64,000 bases of DNA, taken from contig CALZIQ010000004.1 of assembly GCA_945787735.1 (NCBI GenBank), forward strand, positions 2,075-66,074, given 5' to 3'. Position 1 is the stretch's first letter; every line of letters begins with the position of its first letter. The position numbers and the translations under genes were made by a program. The DNA is from an uncultured Chromatiaceae bacterium. GTDB taxonomy: Bacteria > Pseudomonadota > Gammaproteobacteria > Tenderiales > Tenderiaceae. The notes under the pieces are model-generated. The model had not been told where the DNA came from. It did no database searches and was given only the letters and a program-made list of their open reading frames with translations. This document shows, in pieces, positions 35,928 to 44,603 of the stretch.

Positions 35928-37202
35928 TGTCCTGCTGAACACCTGTCTGCCCGACAATAGAGTCTGGCTGACACGGCCTTTCATGTCCCAGTCAAGGAAG
36001 GGAGTGTTGTGGCCACGGCTGATGAGATTCTCAGGTGCCACCTTCCAGTAAATCTCAGGGTCGATAACGATGACATCGGCCGCCGCTCCTAGGCTTAGAC
36101 TACCGGCTTCAAGGCCAATGATGCGGGCAGGTTCAATGGTGACCTTGCCGATGGCGTCAGAGAGGCTCACGCGGGTTTCCTCGGCGAAGCGTAGGGTTAG
36201 TGGCAGCAGGGTTTCCAAGGCCGAAATGCCAGCCTCGGTTTCAATGAAAGGATTCAGCTTGGCGTCGGCCTCATGGGGTTGGTGGTCGGAACAGATCGCA
36301 GTGATCGTGCCCCTGCTCAAACCTTCACGCAGTCCCTGCAGGTCACGCTGGCCGCGCAGGGGTGGGCGTACGTGGCACTGACTGTCAAACTCACCGATAT
36401 CCATATCGGTCAGGTAGAGCTGGTGGGCCGCCACGTCCACGCTGACGGACAGACCGTCGAACTGGGCCCGGGCGATCATCTGTAAGGCTTTGGCGGAGGA
36501 AATGTGACAGAAGTGGGCGCGAACACCCGTGTCGGCAATTAGCGCCAGATCGCGCGCGACGGCGACGGCCTCGGCGGCTTCAGGAATGCCAGGCAGGCCA
36601 AGGCGGGTACTGACCGCACCCTCATGCACACAACCCGCATGGCGCAGGGTTGGGTCTTCGGAAAACAGAAACAAGGTCAGGTCGAAGGTGGCAGCATATT
36701 CCATAACGCGCTTCATGATCAGCGGGTTTTTGATTGGTGTCAGGGCATTGCTGATGCCGACACAGCCAGCTGCCTTGAGTGCGCCCATTTCACTCAGGTG
36801 TTCTCCACCCAGGTTCTGTGTTGCTGCTCCCAGGCTGTAAACCTTGCAATGGCCGGCGTCCTGGGCGGTTTTGCGAATCAGTTTTGCGACCGCTGGGGTG
36901 TCGATGACTGGGTCGGTATCCGGCGGCGTGACTAACGAGGTGATGCCTGCCGCTGCAGCCGCGTAGGTTTCAGAGGCGATAGTGCCTTTGTGTTCCAGAC
37001 CGGGCTCACGCAGCCGGGCGGCCAGGTCGACCAGACCGGGGCAGACCAGTTGGTGTGTGGCATCGATCGTTTGATCGGCGTTGAAACCGTCCAGGTTGTC
37101 TGCAACCGCGCTGATCTTGCCATCGGCGATGTAAACATTGGTTACGTTGTCTATGTTGTTGGCGGGATCGATGACACGGCCGTTTTTGATCAGAATGCGC
37201 AT
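35925..37202 (-). CDS. pyrC': Dihydroorotase-like protein PyrC' (predicted non-catalytic ATCase partner)
   Basis: 425 aa from the ATG at 37202, which overlaps the pyrB TGA by 1 nt. 'GLVDLAARLREPG' stands where active enzymes have 'D.H.HLREPG'. Confidence 0.8.
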   Translation of the reverse strand: MRILIKNGRVIDPANNIDNVTNVYIADGKISAVADNLDGFNADQTIDATHQLVCPGLVDLAARLREPGLEHKGTIASETYAAAAAGITSLVTPPDTDPVIDTPAVAKLIRKTAQDAGHCKVYSLGAATQNLGGEHLSEMGALKAAGCVGISNALTPIKNPLIMKRVMEYAATFDLTLFLFSEDPTLRHAGCVHEGAVSTRLGLPGIPEAAEAVAVARDLALIADTGVRAHFCHISSAKALQMIARAQFDGLSVSVDVAAHQLYLTDMDIGEFDSQCHVRPPLRGQRDLQGLREGLSRGTITAICSDHQPHEADAKLNPFIETEAGISALETLLPLTLRFAEETRVSLSDAIGKVTIEPARIIGLEAGSLSLGAAADVIVIDPEIYWKVAPENLISRGHNTPFLDWDMKGRVSQTLLSGRQVFSRT

Positions 37203-38176
37203 CAGGCGGCCGCTCCTTCGGCATGGCTGCCGAGGCACATGGACATCACTGCCATGCGCACAGCGATGCCGTGGGTGACCTGTTGCAGGATCACCGAGCG
37301 TGGCCCGTCGGCAACGCCGGATTCTATCTCAACACCGCGGTTGATCGGCCCCGGATGCATGACAATGGCATCCGGCTTGGCGCGCTCGAGGCGCTCTTGG
37401 GTGAGGCCGTAGAGTTGAAAATATTCGTGTTCGCTGGGCAGCAGCTCGCCTTGCATGCGCTCGTTTTGCAGCCGCAGCATGATAACGACGTCCACATCGC
37501 GCAGGCCTTCGTCCAGGTCATGGAAGACATGCACCCCGAGGGCCTCAACATCCTTAGGCATCAGGGTCTTAGGGCCGATCACACGCACCTCGGTTACGCC
37601 CAGGGTGGTGAGGGCATGGATCTGGGATCGGGCCACACGTGAATGCATGATGTCGCCCACAATCGCCACGGTGAGTGGATAAAAATCGCCTTTGGCGCGG
37701 CGGATGGTGAACATGTCCAGCATCGCCTGGGTTGGGTGAGCGTGGCTGCCGTCGCCGGCGTTGACCACGCTGATATGGGGGGCAACGTGATTGGCGATAA
37801 AGTGGGCTGAGCCGCTGTCGGCATGACGCACCACAAACATGTCACAGTGCATGGCCTCGAGATTGCGCAGGGTGTCGAGCAGGGTCTCGCCCTTTTTGGT
37901 GGCCGAGGCGGATATGTTGAGATTCAACACGTCGGCAGAGAGCCGCTTGGCGGCCAGCTCAAAAGTGGTGCGGGTGCGGGTGCTGGCCTCGAAAAACAGG
38001 TTGACGATGGTCTTGCCGCGCAGCAGTGGTACTTTTTTTACCGTTTGATCGGTAACGCCACTCAGCGACTCGGCTGTGTCGAGAATATCCACCAGTACCT
38101 GACGCTTGAGACCTTCAATGGTAAGAAAGTGGCGCAGTCGCCCCTGTTCATTAAGCTGGATATTCCGTCGGATCAT
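37202..38176 (-). CDS. pyrB: Aspartate carbamoyltransferase catalytic subunit
   Basis: 324-aa ORF with '[19 protein letters not shown]' and 'HPTQAMLD'. Confidence 0.9.
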   Translation of the reverse strand: MIRRNIQLNEQGRLRHFLTIEGLKRQVLVDILDTAESLSGVTDQTVKKVPLLRGKTIVNLFFEASTRTRTTFELAAKRLSADVLNLNISASATKKGETLLDTLRNLEAMHCDMFVVRHADSGSAHFIANHVAPHISVVNAGDGSHAHPTQAMLDMFTIRRAKGDFYPLTVAIVGDIMHSRVARSQIHALTTLGVTEVRVIGPKTLMPKDVEALGVHVFHDLDEGLRDVDVVIMLRLQNERMQGELLPSEHEYFQLYGLTQERLERAKPDAIVMHPGPINRGVEIESGVADGPRSVILQQVTHGIAVRMAVMSMCLGSHAEGAAA

Positions 38177-38197
38177 GCGCTTCCTTTGTGCTTCTTG

Positions 38198-38707
38198 TTA
38201 TTCACCTTTTTGGGCGATGTGCAAACTGAGGGGTTCTGGCCCTTTTAGTTTGATGTTTTCGCCGGCGGCCAGTTCGATTTTTAGGCCGCTAACATTTGCC
38301 TCGATTGGCAGTTCGCGCCCACCGCGGTCGATTAGTACGGCCAAGCTGACGGCCGAGGGGCGGCCGTAATCGAAAATCTCATTCAGTGCGGCGCGAATGG
38401 TGCGACCAGTGAAGAGCACATCATCCACGAGGATTATGTGGCGGTCATCAACATTGAAAGGCAGGTGTGAAGGTTTGACCTGCGGGTTCATGCCGATGCG
38501 GCTGAAATCGTCGCGGTAAAAGGAAATGTCGAGATGGCCTAGTGGGTCTGTCACCCCTAGCATTTGGTGCAATCGCTCGGCCACCCAGACACCGCCGGAG
38601 TGAATGCCTATCATAAGCGGTGCGTCCACGCCAAGTTGTGATAAGTGTACCTTGAGCCGGTCGGCCAGATCGTTGAGGACTTTGTCGCTATCGACAGATT
38701 GGGTCAT
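38198..38707 (-). CDS. pyrR: PyrR bifunctional pyrimidine regulator / uracil phosphoribosyltransferase
   Basis: 169-aa ORF with the PRPP-binding 'ILVDDVLFTGRT'. Confidence 0.85.
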   Translation of the reverse strand: MTQSVDSDKVLNDLADRLKVHLSQLGVDAPLMIGIHSGGVWVAERLHQMLGVTDPLGHLDISFYRDDFSRIGMNPQVKPSHLPFNVDDRHIILVDDVLFTGRTIRAALNEIFDYGRPSAVSLAVLIDRGGRELPIEANVSGLKIELAAGENIKLKGPEPLSLHIAQKGE

Positions 38708-38790
38708 GGTGCTTCCTTATTACTGCGAACGCCCGGAACTGCTCGCATTTGTGAGCGCTATTGTACCGGTATCCGGGAAACGATAACAGG

Positions 38791-39216
38791 CTACTGATTT
38801 AGCCAGGTACGGATGATAACTTCGGCGGCGACCTGGTCAACAGAGCGCTTGGCCTGGCCTTTTTTGATCCGACCATCACGACGTGCTTCGCGAATGATTT
38901 CTTCCGCTTCCATGGAACTTAGCCGTTCGTCCACCAGCTCCACCGGTAGTTGATAACGGCCATTGAGCTGGTTGGCAAAGCGTCGCGCTGCCTTGCTGAT
39001 ATCGTGTTCGGTACCGTCCATATTCATGGGCAGACCGATTAATAAAAGGTCAGGCTTCCATTCGTCGAGCAGGCGGGTGATGTGATCCCAATCGGGTTTG
39101 TTTTGCCTGACGGCAATGGTGTCGATGGGTTGAGCGGTGGTAGTGAGTTCCTGACCGATGGCCACGCCGATGCGTTTTAGGCCGTAATCGAAGCCCATCA
39201 AAGTGCGTGCATTCAT
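38791..39216 (-). CDS. ruvX: YqgF/RuvX putative pre-16S rRNA nuclease / Holliday junction resolvase-like
   Basis: 141-aa ORF containing 'GFDYGLKRIGVAIG'. Confidence 0.85.
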   Translation of the reverse strand: MNARTLMGFDYGLKRIGVAIGQELTTTAQPIDTIAVRQNKPDWDHITRLLDEWKPDLLLIGLPMNMDGTEHDISKAARRFANQLNGRYQLPVELVDERLSSMEAEEIIREARRDGRIKKGQAKRSVDQVAAEVIIRTWLNQ

Positions 39217-39243
39217 TCGTTTGAAAGGTGTGGCGCTACAGGC

Positions 39244-39804
39244 TTAGGCATGACCAATATCGTCTGACAACAACTGCAGATCAACGCCCAGCAATGAAGC
39301 AGCAGCATGCCAGCGTTTTTCCACCGGCGTGTCAAAAATAACTTCTGCCGAGGCGGGCACGCTGAGCCAGGCATTCTGGGCCAGCTCCTGTTCCAGTTGG
39401 CCTCTGCCCCAACCGGCATAACCCAGTGCAATCAGGCTCTGCTTGGGGCCGTTATTTTGGGCAATATCGGTGAGGATATCGCCGGAGGTGGTGAGGGCAA
39501 TATCATCCGAAATGAACATCGTGCCCTGCCAATTCTTGGCCGGACGATGCAGTATAAAACCGCGGTCGGGTTGCACCGGGCCACCGAAGTAAATCGTCTG
39601 CTGACCCGTGGCGGCATCCTGGTTGTCGATTTCAAGATGTTCCAAAATCTCAGTTAGCCGCATATCGAGCGGCTGATTGATGATGATGCCCATAGCGCCT
39701 TCGTCGTCATGCTGGCACAGGTAGGTGACGCTGTGGAAAAAGTTTGGGTCATCCAGCTGCGGCATGGCGATGAGAAAATGGTTGGTCAGGCTCACGGTAT
39801 CCAT
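39244..39804 (-). CDS. yqgE: YqgE/AlgH family protein (UPF0301)
   Basis: 186-aa ORF containing 'LTNHFLIAMPQLDDPNFFHSVTYLCQH'. Confidence 0.8.
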   Translation of the reverse strand: MDTVSLTNHFLIAMPQLDDPNFFHSVTYLCQHDDEGAMGIIINQPLDMRLTEILEHLEIDNQDAATGQQTIYFGGPVQPDRGFILHRPAKNWQGTMFISDDIALTTSGDILTDIAQNNGPKQSLIALGYAGWGRGQLEQELAQNAWLSVPASAEVIFDTPVEKRWHAAASLLGVDLQLLSDDIGHA

Positions 39805-39852
39805 ATAGTTAGTATCGTTGTTGAGCGAGCCGGCAGCAAGCTGGTTTTAAAT

Positions 39853-40737
39853 CTAGCGCGTACTTAATTCGTTGCTGGAGGTGAAAAGCCAGGTGCGGGT
39901 GATGTGCAACACATCCGTGTCTTTGAGCATTTCTGGGGGTAATGGCGCATATGGGCCCGCTAGGCGGACAATGCGAGTGGCGGCGTCATCCAGTATCTTG
40001 TGACCGGAAGGACGCAGGATAGTGACTTCGCGGATGGTGCCGTTGGCATTGATGGCAACATCCATGATCAAACTGCCCGACAGGCCTTTACGTTTGGCAG
40101 CGCCGGGGAAGTTGACCGTGCCGACTCGTTCGATCTTGCGGCGCCAGGCGTCGAGATAGGCGGCATCACGGTAGGCTTGGGTGCTGGCTGAAATGAAGCG
40201 GTGTTTTTCCTTCTTCGAATAAATCTCGAAAGATTGCTTGATCTCGGCGCTTAGGCGGGCGATCTCCTGGCCTCTGCGGATCAGTTCTGCCGTGGTGGTT
40301 TCCTCGGCCTGCTGTTTTTCCTCATTTTCCAGCGAATAGATCTGGGTGGTGGAATCATGCCGGGTCAGCACTTCTTCTTGTGCCATTGGCGCATGCTCGG
40401 CGGTTTGCTCAGGGCGCAGGACGTCAGAGTTGCCATCGAAGGGCACGGGCAATTCCTGTGCTGCCTCCATGGTGCGGGGTGTTTTTCTGTCTTGGGTATT
40501 GCCCATGCCGCTCTGGTCCACTTGGGCTAGGAAGTCAGCATCCTCCGGTGCATCCGAATCATTCTTTTCCACCAGAATCACTTCCAGTGTCGGCAGAGGG
40601 GATTCATCTTCGAAAAGATCGGTGAAATCAAAGCCTATACCCAAAATCACAACGACGTTCAGGGCGATAGACATGAGTAAAGTGAAGACTATTCGGTCGC
40701 TGGCCGAGACCTTGGCGCTGGTTACTGCTGTACTCAT
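39853..40737 (-). CDS. TonB-family energy transducer (C-terminal TonB domain)
   Basis: 294-aa ORF with an N-terminal TM segment, an acidic/proline linker and a C-terminal 'GSLIMDVAINANGTIREVTILRPSGHKILDDAA'. Synteny matches the Pseudomonas pyr-algH-tonB3-gshB block. Confidence 0.6.
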   Translation of the reverse strand: MSTAVTSAKVSASDRIVFTLLMSIALNVVVILGIGFDFTDLFEDESPLPTLEVILVEKNDSDAPEDADFLAQVDQSGMGNTQDRKTPRTMEAAQELPVPFDGNSDVLRPEQTAEHAPMAQEEVLTRHDSTTQIYSLENEEKQQAEETTTAELIRRGQEIARLSAEIKQSFEIYSKKEKHRFISASTQAYRDAAYLDAWRRKIERVGTVNFPGAAKRKGLSGSLIMDVAINANGTIREVTILRPSGHKILDDAATRIVRLAGPYAPLPPEMLKDTDVLHITRTWLFTSSNELSTR

Positions 40738-41246
40738 AGTTGTTTGATTCTATTAATCATATGCTTAGCGATTATGCCACTACTGATGCCGAATACAACG
40801 GCGATTGTCATTAGTATCGGCAGCAAGTGGAATAAACCTTGATGCGGGATAAACAGACTATAAGCGGTGAAGAATTGTGCGCCCATATGGGCCATCGCCG
40901 CCAGCAGGCTCAAGCCGATTGGGCCCAGTCCCTCGCCGGGAAGCCGGCTGGCCAAGCCCAGCACGATAATGCTGGCGACGGCGCCGCTCATGCTCATGGC
41001 GAAGGTGGGTGAAAGAAAGGTGCCAATCAGAATAGAGCCCACCAGTACCCGCAGAATCGCCACCCAGGCCGCTGTGGGCCAGCCGTACTGGATTAGGCAA
41101 ATAATGGTAATTATATTCGCCAGCCCCGGTTTAACGCCGGGGATGGGGCTAGGCAGGGCACTTTCGGCGATGTGGATGGTGATCGCTAGAGCGGTAAGCC
41201 AGGCGATGCGTTGATCGTCTCGAGTTGTTTGTATGCTTAACTTCAT
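40734..41246 (-). CDS. Gx transporter family membrane protein (Hpre_diP_synt_I-like)
   Basis: 170-aa ORF containing 'AITIHIAESALPSPIPGVKPGLANIITI'. Confidence 0.55.
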   Translation of the reverse strand: MKLSIQTTRDDQRIAWLTALAITIHIAESALPSPIPGVKPGLANIITIICLIQYGWPTAAWVAILRVLVGSILIGTFLSPTFAMSMSGAVASIIVLGLASRLPGEGLGPIGLSLLAAMAHMGAQFFTAYSLFIPHQGLFHLLPILMTIAVVFGISSGIIAKHMINRIKQL

Positions 41247-41343
41247 CTAGTGTGATTATGCAGCAGGGGAATTTCTTCACTACCTAGTATGGGGGAATCA
41301 TAATAAGAGTCAATCCAATTTAGATCGTGCAAGGGGGTGCGAG

Positions 41344-42027
41344 ATGAGAAGAATCGATGACGACATCTGGGTGGTCGAACGGCCATTCAAACTATTCGGG
41401 GCAGAATTCGGTAACCGCATGACGGTGATTCGTATGGCAGACGGCAAGTTGCTGCTGCATTCGCCAGTCATTCTGGACCCACAACTTAGGGCGGAGGTCG
41501 AAGCCCTGGGGCAGGTCGCTTATCTGTTAACGCCCAATGCCTTTCATGGCCTTCATGTTGGCCAGTGGTCGGCGACCTTTCCACATGCTCAGATTTTCGA
41601 GGCGCGTGATGATCGTACATCCTCGAGCTTTTTGCCTGCGTTAGAGTTGAAATCAGTCAAAGGCATGAGCAAGCTCAACGAAGTGGTCTGTTATCACCCC
41701 GCCAGCCGCACGCTGATTCTGACCGATCTCTGTTTTAATATCGGTGAGGGTGTGTCGGCTTGGACTCAGTTTTTTTTCAGTTTGAATGGCGCCTATAACC
41801 GTTTTGGTCCTTCACGCATGATGCGTGGCATGATCGATGACCAGCAGCGCTTGCGCGAATCGATTACTGACATACTGTCATGGCCGTTCGAACGGGTGAT
41901 TGTTTCGCATGGTGAGGTGATTGAACACAATGGCCAAAAGGCCTTGCGCGATGCCTTTGATTTTCTTGAAGGGAGTAAACCACACTGTAGCCATTCGGCC
42001 ACGTCTTTTTCGTTGCGATGTGGCTAG
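41344..42027 (+). CDS. DUF4336-like protein (metallo-beta-lactamase-fold-like)
   Basis: 227-aa ORF containing 'GNRMTVIRMADGKLLLHSPV...LTPNAFHGLHV'. The family recall is moderate. Confidence 0.4.
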   Translation: MRRIDDDIWVVERPFKLFGAEFGNRMTVIRMADGKLLLHSPVILDPQLRAEVEALGQVAYLLTPNAFHGLHVGQWSATFPHAQIFEARDDRTSSSFLPALELKSVKGMSKLNEVVCYHPASRTLILTDLCFNIGEGVSAWTQFFFSLNGAYNRFGPSRMMRGMIDDQQRLRESITDILSWPFERVIVSHGEVIEHNGQKALRDAFDFLEGSKPHCSHSATSFSLRCG

Positions 42028-42047
42028 CCCGATACGGCTGAATCAAA

Positions 42048-42407
42048 CTAAAAATTTACCGCATCAAAGCGGTTGTTGCGACCAATGATTTGCACGGTGA
42101 CGCCATTGGGCAGGCATGCGGCCAGCTCGCCGTCTTTATCAAGCCAGCCGGTCAATACGCATTGCTTGCCTTGGCAGGGGCTGTCGATGAAACGTACTTG
42201 ACGGTGTTTGATTTCAATAATGCTGTTGCCTAAGGCACCTTCGATTTCCAGACGTTTGTTTTGATCCAGCGGCAGGCTTAGATCGCCGCTGCTGGCGCTG
42301 CGTATTTGCACCACTTCGCCTTGTGAACTATTACCCCAGAACGTGACATAGAGATAGGGTAGAAACAACAGTGCCAGGGCGATGACAATTTTGTCGCCGA
42401 GGGTCAT
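42048..42407 (-). CDS. NusG domain II-containing (DUF1312) small membrane-anchored protein
   Basis: 119-aa ORF with an N-terminal TM segment and 'IDSPCQGKQCV'. Its ATG overlaps the apbE stop (ATGA). Confidence 0.5.
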   Translation of the reverse strand: MTLGDKIVIALALLFLPYLYVTFWGNSSQGEVVQIRSASSGDLSLPLDQNKRLEIEGALGNSIIEIKHRQVRFIDSPCQGKQCVLTGWLDKDGELAACLPNGVTVQIIGRNNRFDAVNF

Positions 42408-43438
42408 GGCACGATAATGGTTTTAGGCGGGGTTTCGGTTTCAAAGCGAATGCGTTGGCTCATCGCCTCGGTCATGTAAACCGTGCCTTCATGGTCGATC
42501 AGCATCGCTTCTGTAATGTCCATGGCGCGGGCGGTTTCGCGCCAGTGTTTAGCGCCGGCAATAAACACGGCTGTGGCGGCGGCATCGGCGCGGGTGGCGT
42601 CTTGATGAATGATGGTGACCGAACTTGCGCCGCGGGCTGGGCGACCGCTGCGTGGGTCAATAATGTGATGAAAACGTTGTCCCCGGTATTCGAAATAGCG
42701 TTCGTAATCGCCCGAGGTGAAGACGCTTTCATCTTGACCGGTTTCGAGTGAAGCGAGCACACCCGGTTGGCGTGGATGACGGATACCGATACGCCAGGCG
42801 CGCTTGCCTTTGTTGCCTATAGCACGAAGATCGCCACCGGCATTGACGATGGCGTTATTGATACCCATCTTGCGCAGTTCGGCGATGGCTTGATCGACGG
42901 CATAACCCTTGGCGTAGCCACCGGCATCAATCAATACCTCGGTATTATTGCTGCTCAGTTGATCGGCATCTAATTTCAGATCACTCATTGTTGGTGCAGC
43001 TACAACCAGCGCGGCAATGTCGCTTTCGGCGGGCGGGGCGGCATCGGGTCGTTCGTCGCTGTGAAATCCCCACAGGGCAATCAGCTTGCCAGCGGCGGGA
43101 TTGAACAGGTTGTTGCTTTGTCGGGCCAATTCGATGCCGTTCTGGATAAGCGTTTGTTGTTCGGCGTTGAGTGTAACCGTGTTGCCAGTCTCCAGCTGCT
43201 CATTGATGTAGGTGAGTTTGCTAGGCTGCCATGCATGCCAGTCGTGGTGGATGGCTTCCATTTTATGGGTAACTGCAGTGATGGCTTTGGCCGCCTTTTC
43301 TTCGTCAACACCGTAAAGGGAGATGTCTACCAGGGTGCCGAGGGCCAGCACTTGTTGCTGATAGACCTGGGGGCGTTGTTCGCAGCCAGGCAACAGGAAA
43401 CACCAGATGATGAAAAGAATGAAACCCGGGAAACGCAT
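42404..43438 (-). CDS. apbE: FAD:protein FMN transferase ApbE, lipoprotein
   Basis: 344 aa from the ATG at 43438 ('MRFPGFILFIIWCFLLPGC' lipobox), with 'GGYAKGYAVD' and 'SGDYERYF'. The track start at 43678 reads through an intergenic palindromic repeat. Confidence 0.8.
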   Translation of the reverse strand: MRFPGFILFIIWCFLLPGCEQRPQVYQQQVLALGTLVDISLYGVDEEKAAKAITAVTHKMEAIHHDWHAWQPSKLTYINEQLETGNTVTLNAEQQTLIQNGIELARQSNNLFNPAAGKLIALWGFHSDERPDAAPPAESDIAALVVAAPTMSDLKLDADQLSSNNTEVLIDAGGYAKGYAVDQAIAELRKMGINNAIVNAGGDLRAIGNKGKRAWRIGIRHPRQPGVLASLETGQDESVFTSGDYERYFEYRGQRFHHIIDPRSGRPARGASSVTIIHQDATRADAAATAVFIAGAKHWRETARAMDITEAMLIDHEGTVYMTEAMSQRIRFETETPPKTIIVP

Positions 43439-43487
43439 TGGGTGCTTGCCCCGGGTGTTGTTCTGTTTTGTTTGGGGTGCGGTTTTT

Positions 43488-43609
43488 GAAATCCCCCCTA
43501 GCCCCCCTTTAAAAAAGGGGGGAACGAAAGAGCTGGGTAGAAAGAGCATACTTCGGACGAGGCTAGAAACAGTTCCCCCCTTTGAAAAAGGGGGGCTAGG
43601 GGGGATTTC
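43488..43609. repeat. 122-bp nested palindromic (MITE/REP-like) element
   Basis: The 38-nt arms GAAATCCCCCCTAGCCCCCCTTTAAAAAAGGGGGGAAC (43488-43525) and GTTCCCCCCTTTGAAAAAGGGGGGCTAGGGGGGATTTC (43572-43609) are near-perfect reverse complements. Each arm also contains its own C6/G6 hairpin. Confidence 0.75.
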
Positions 43610-43618
43610 AGCCATGAT

Positions 43619-43635
43619 GGTGCGCGATGCGCACC
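43619..43635. repeat. REP-like GC palindrome GGTGCGC-gat-GCGCACC just downstream of gshB
   Basis: Perfect 7-bp stem. The extended 20-mer TGCGCGATGCGCACCCTACG recurs with 3 mismatches at 53465-53484. Confidence 0.6.
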
Positions 43636-43650
43636 CTACGTTATGCGACC

Positions 43651-44601
43651 TCATGATTCTAGTTTGTTGGCAATGCAATCCATCAAGGCACCGCCAATGT
43701 CGAGCCCAAACTGAGCATCTAATTCACGAATGCAGGTGGGGCTGGTGACATTGATCTCGGTTAGATAATCACCGATCACATCCAGCCCAACGAAGAGCAG
43801 GCCTTTTTGTTTCAGGGTTGGGCCGACCTGTGCGCAGATCCAGTAGTCTCGTTCACTTAATGGAATGCCTTCACCTCGACCTCCGGCGGCCAGGTTGCCA
43901 CGTGTTTCACCGCTGGCCGGAATGCGTGCCAGGGCGTAGGGCATAGGTTCGCCGTCAACCAGCAGAATGCGTTTGTCGCCGGCGCTGATTTCAGGAATGA
44001 AGCGCTGCGCCATGATGTATTGGTGGCCGTTCTGAGTCAGGGTCTCCAGCGCGACGCTGATGTTTGGGTCACCGTGTTTAAGACGAAAGATGGACATGCC
44101 GCCCATCCCTTCCAGCGGTTTGATGATGATGTCGCCATGCTCATCAAGAAAACCACGCAGCTGGTTCATGTCGCGGCTGACCAGGGTCGGTGGACAACAT
44201 TGCGGAAACCAGGCAGTAAACAATTTTTCATTGGCATCACGCAGGGTTTGGGGTTTGTTCACGACCACCACGCCGGCAGCTTCGGCCAGCTCGAGCAGGT
44301 AGGTGGTGTGGATGTATTGCATGTCCAGCGGTGGATCTTTGCGCATCAGGATCACATCCAGCTCGGTCGCTGGCATGTGTTGTCTCTCGCCCAGGCTGAA
44401 CCAGTCGTGCATGTCATCACGCACGGTTAGGGTTTGCGTCTGAATCAATAGTTTGCCGTCGCGCACCGACAGATCATGCTGTTGCATGTAATAGAGTTGC
44501 CAGCCGCGTTTTTGTGCCGCCAGCAACATCGCCAGAGTGCTGTCTTTTTTCGGGTTGATGGCCTCGATGGGGTCCATCACCACGCCGAGTTTTACACTCA
44601 T
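43651..44601 (-). CDS. gshB: Glutathione synthetase
   Basis: 316-aa ATP-grasp ORF containing 'MKLGVVMDPIEAINPKKDST'-type 'SVKLGVVMDPIEAINPKKDSTLAML'. Confidence 0.9.
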   Translation of the reverse strand: MSVKLGVVMDPIEAINPKKDSTLAMLLAAQKRGWQLYYMQQHDLSVRDGKLLIQTQTLTVRDDMHDWFSLGERQHMPATELDVILMRKDPPLDMQYIHTTYLLELAEAAGVVVVNKPQTLRDANEKLFTAWFPQCCPPTLVSRDMNQLRGFLDEHGDIIIKPLEGMGGMSIFRLKHGDPNISVALETLTQNGHQYIMAQRFIPEISAGDKRILLVDGEPMPYALARIPASGETRGNLAAGGRGEGIPLSERDYWICAQVGPTLKQKGLLFVGLDVIGDYLTEINVTSPTCIRELDAQFGLDIGGALMDCIANKLES

Positions 44602-44603
44602 AA

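Noticed and set aside
43439-43678. 80-aa N-terminal extension of ApbE in the ORF track.
   Set aside because: It reads through the nested palindromic repeat ('PPFSKGG...PPFFKGGLGGI'). The internal ATG at 43438 gives a standard lipoprotein signal peptide.
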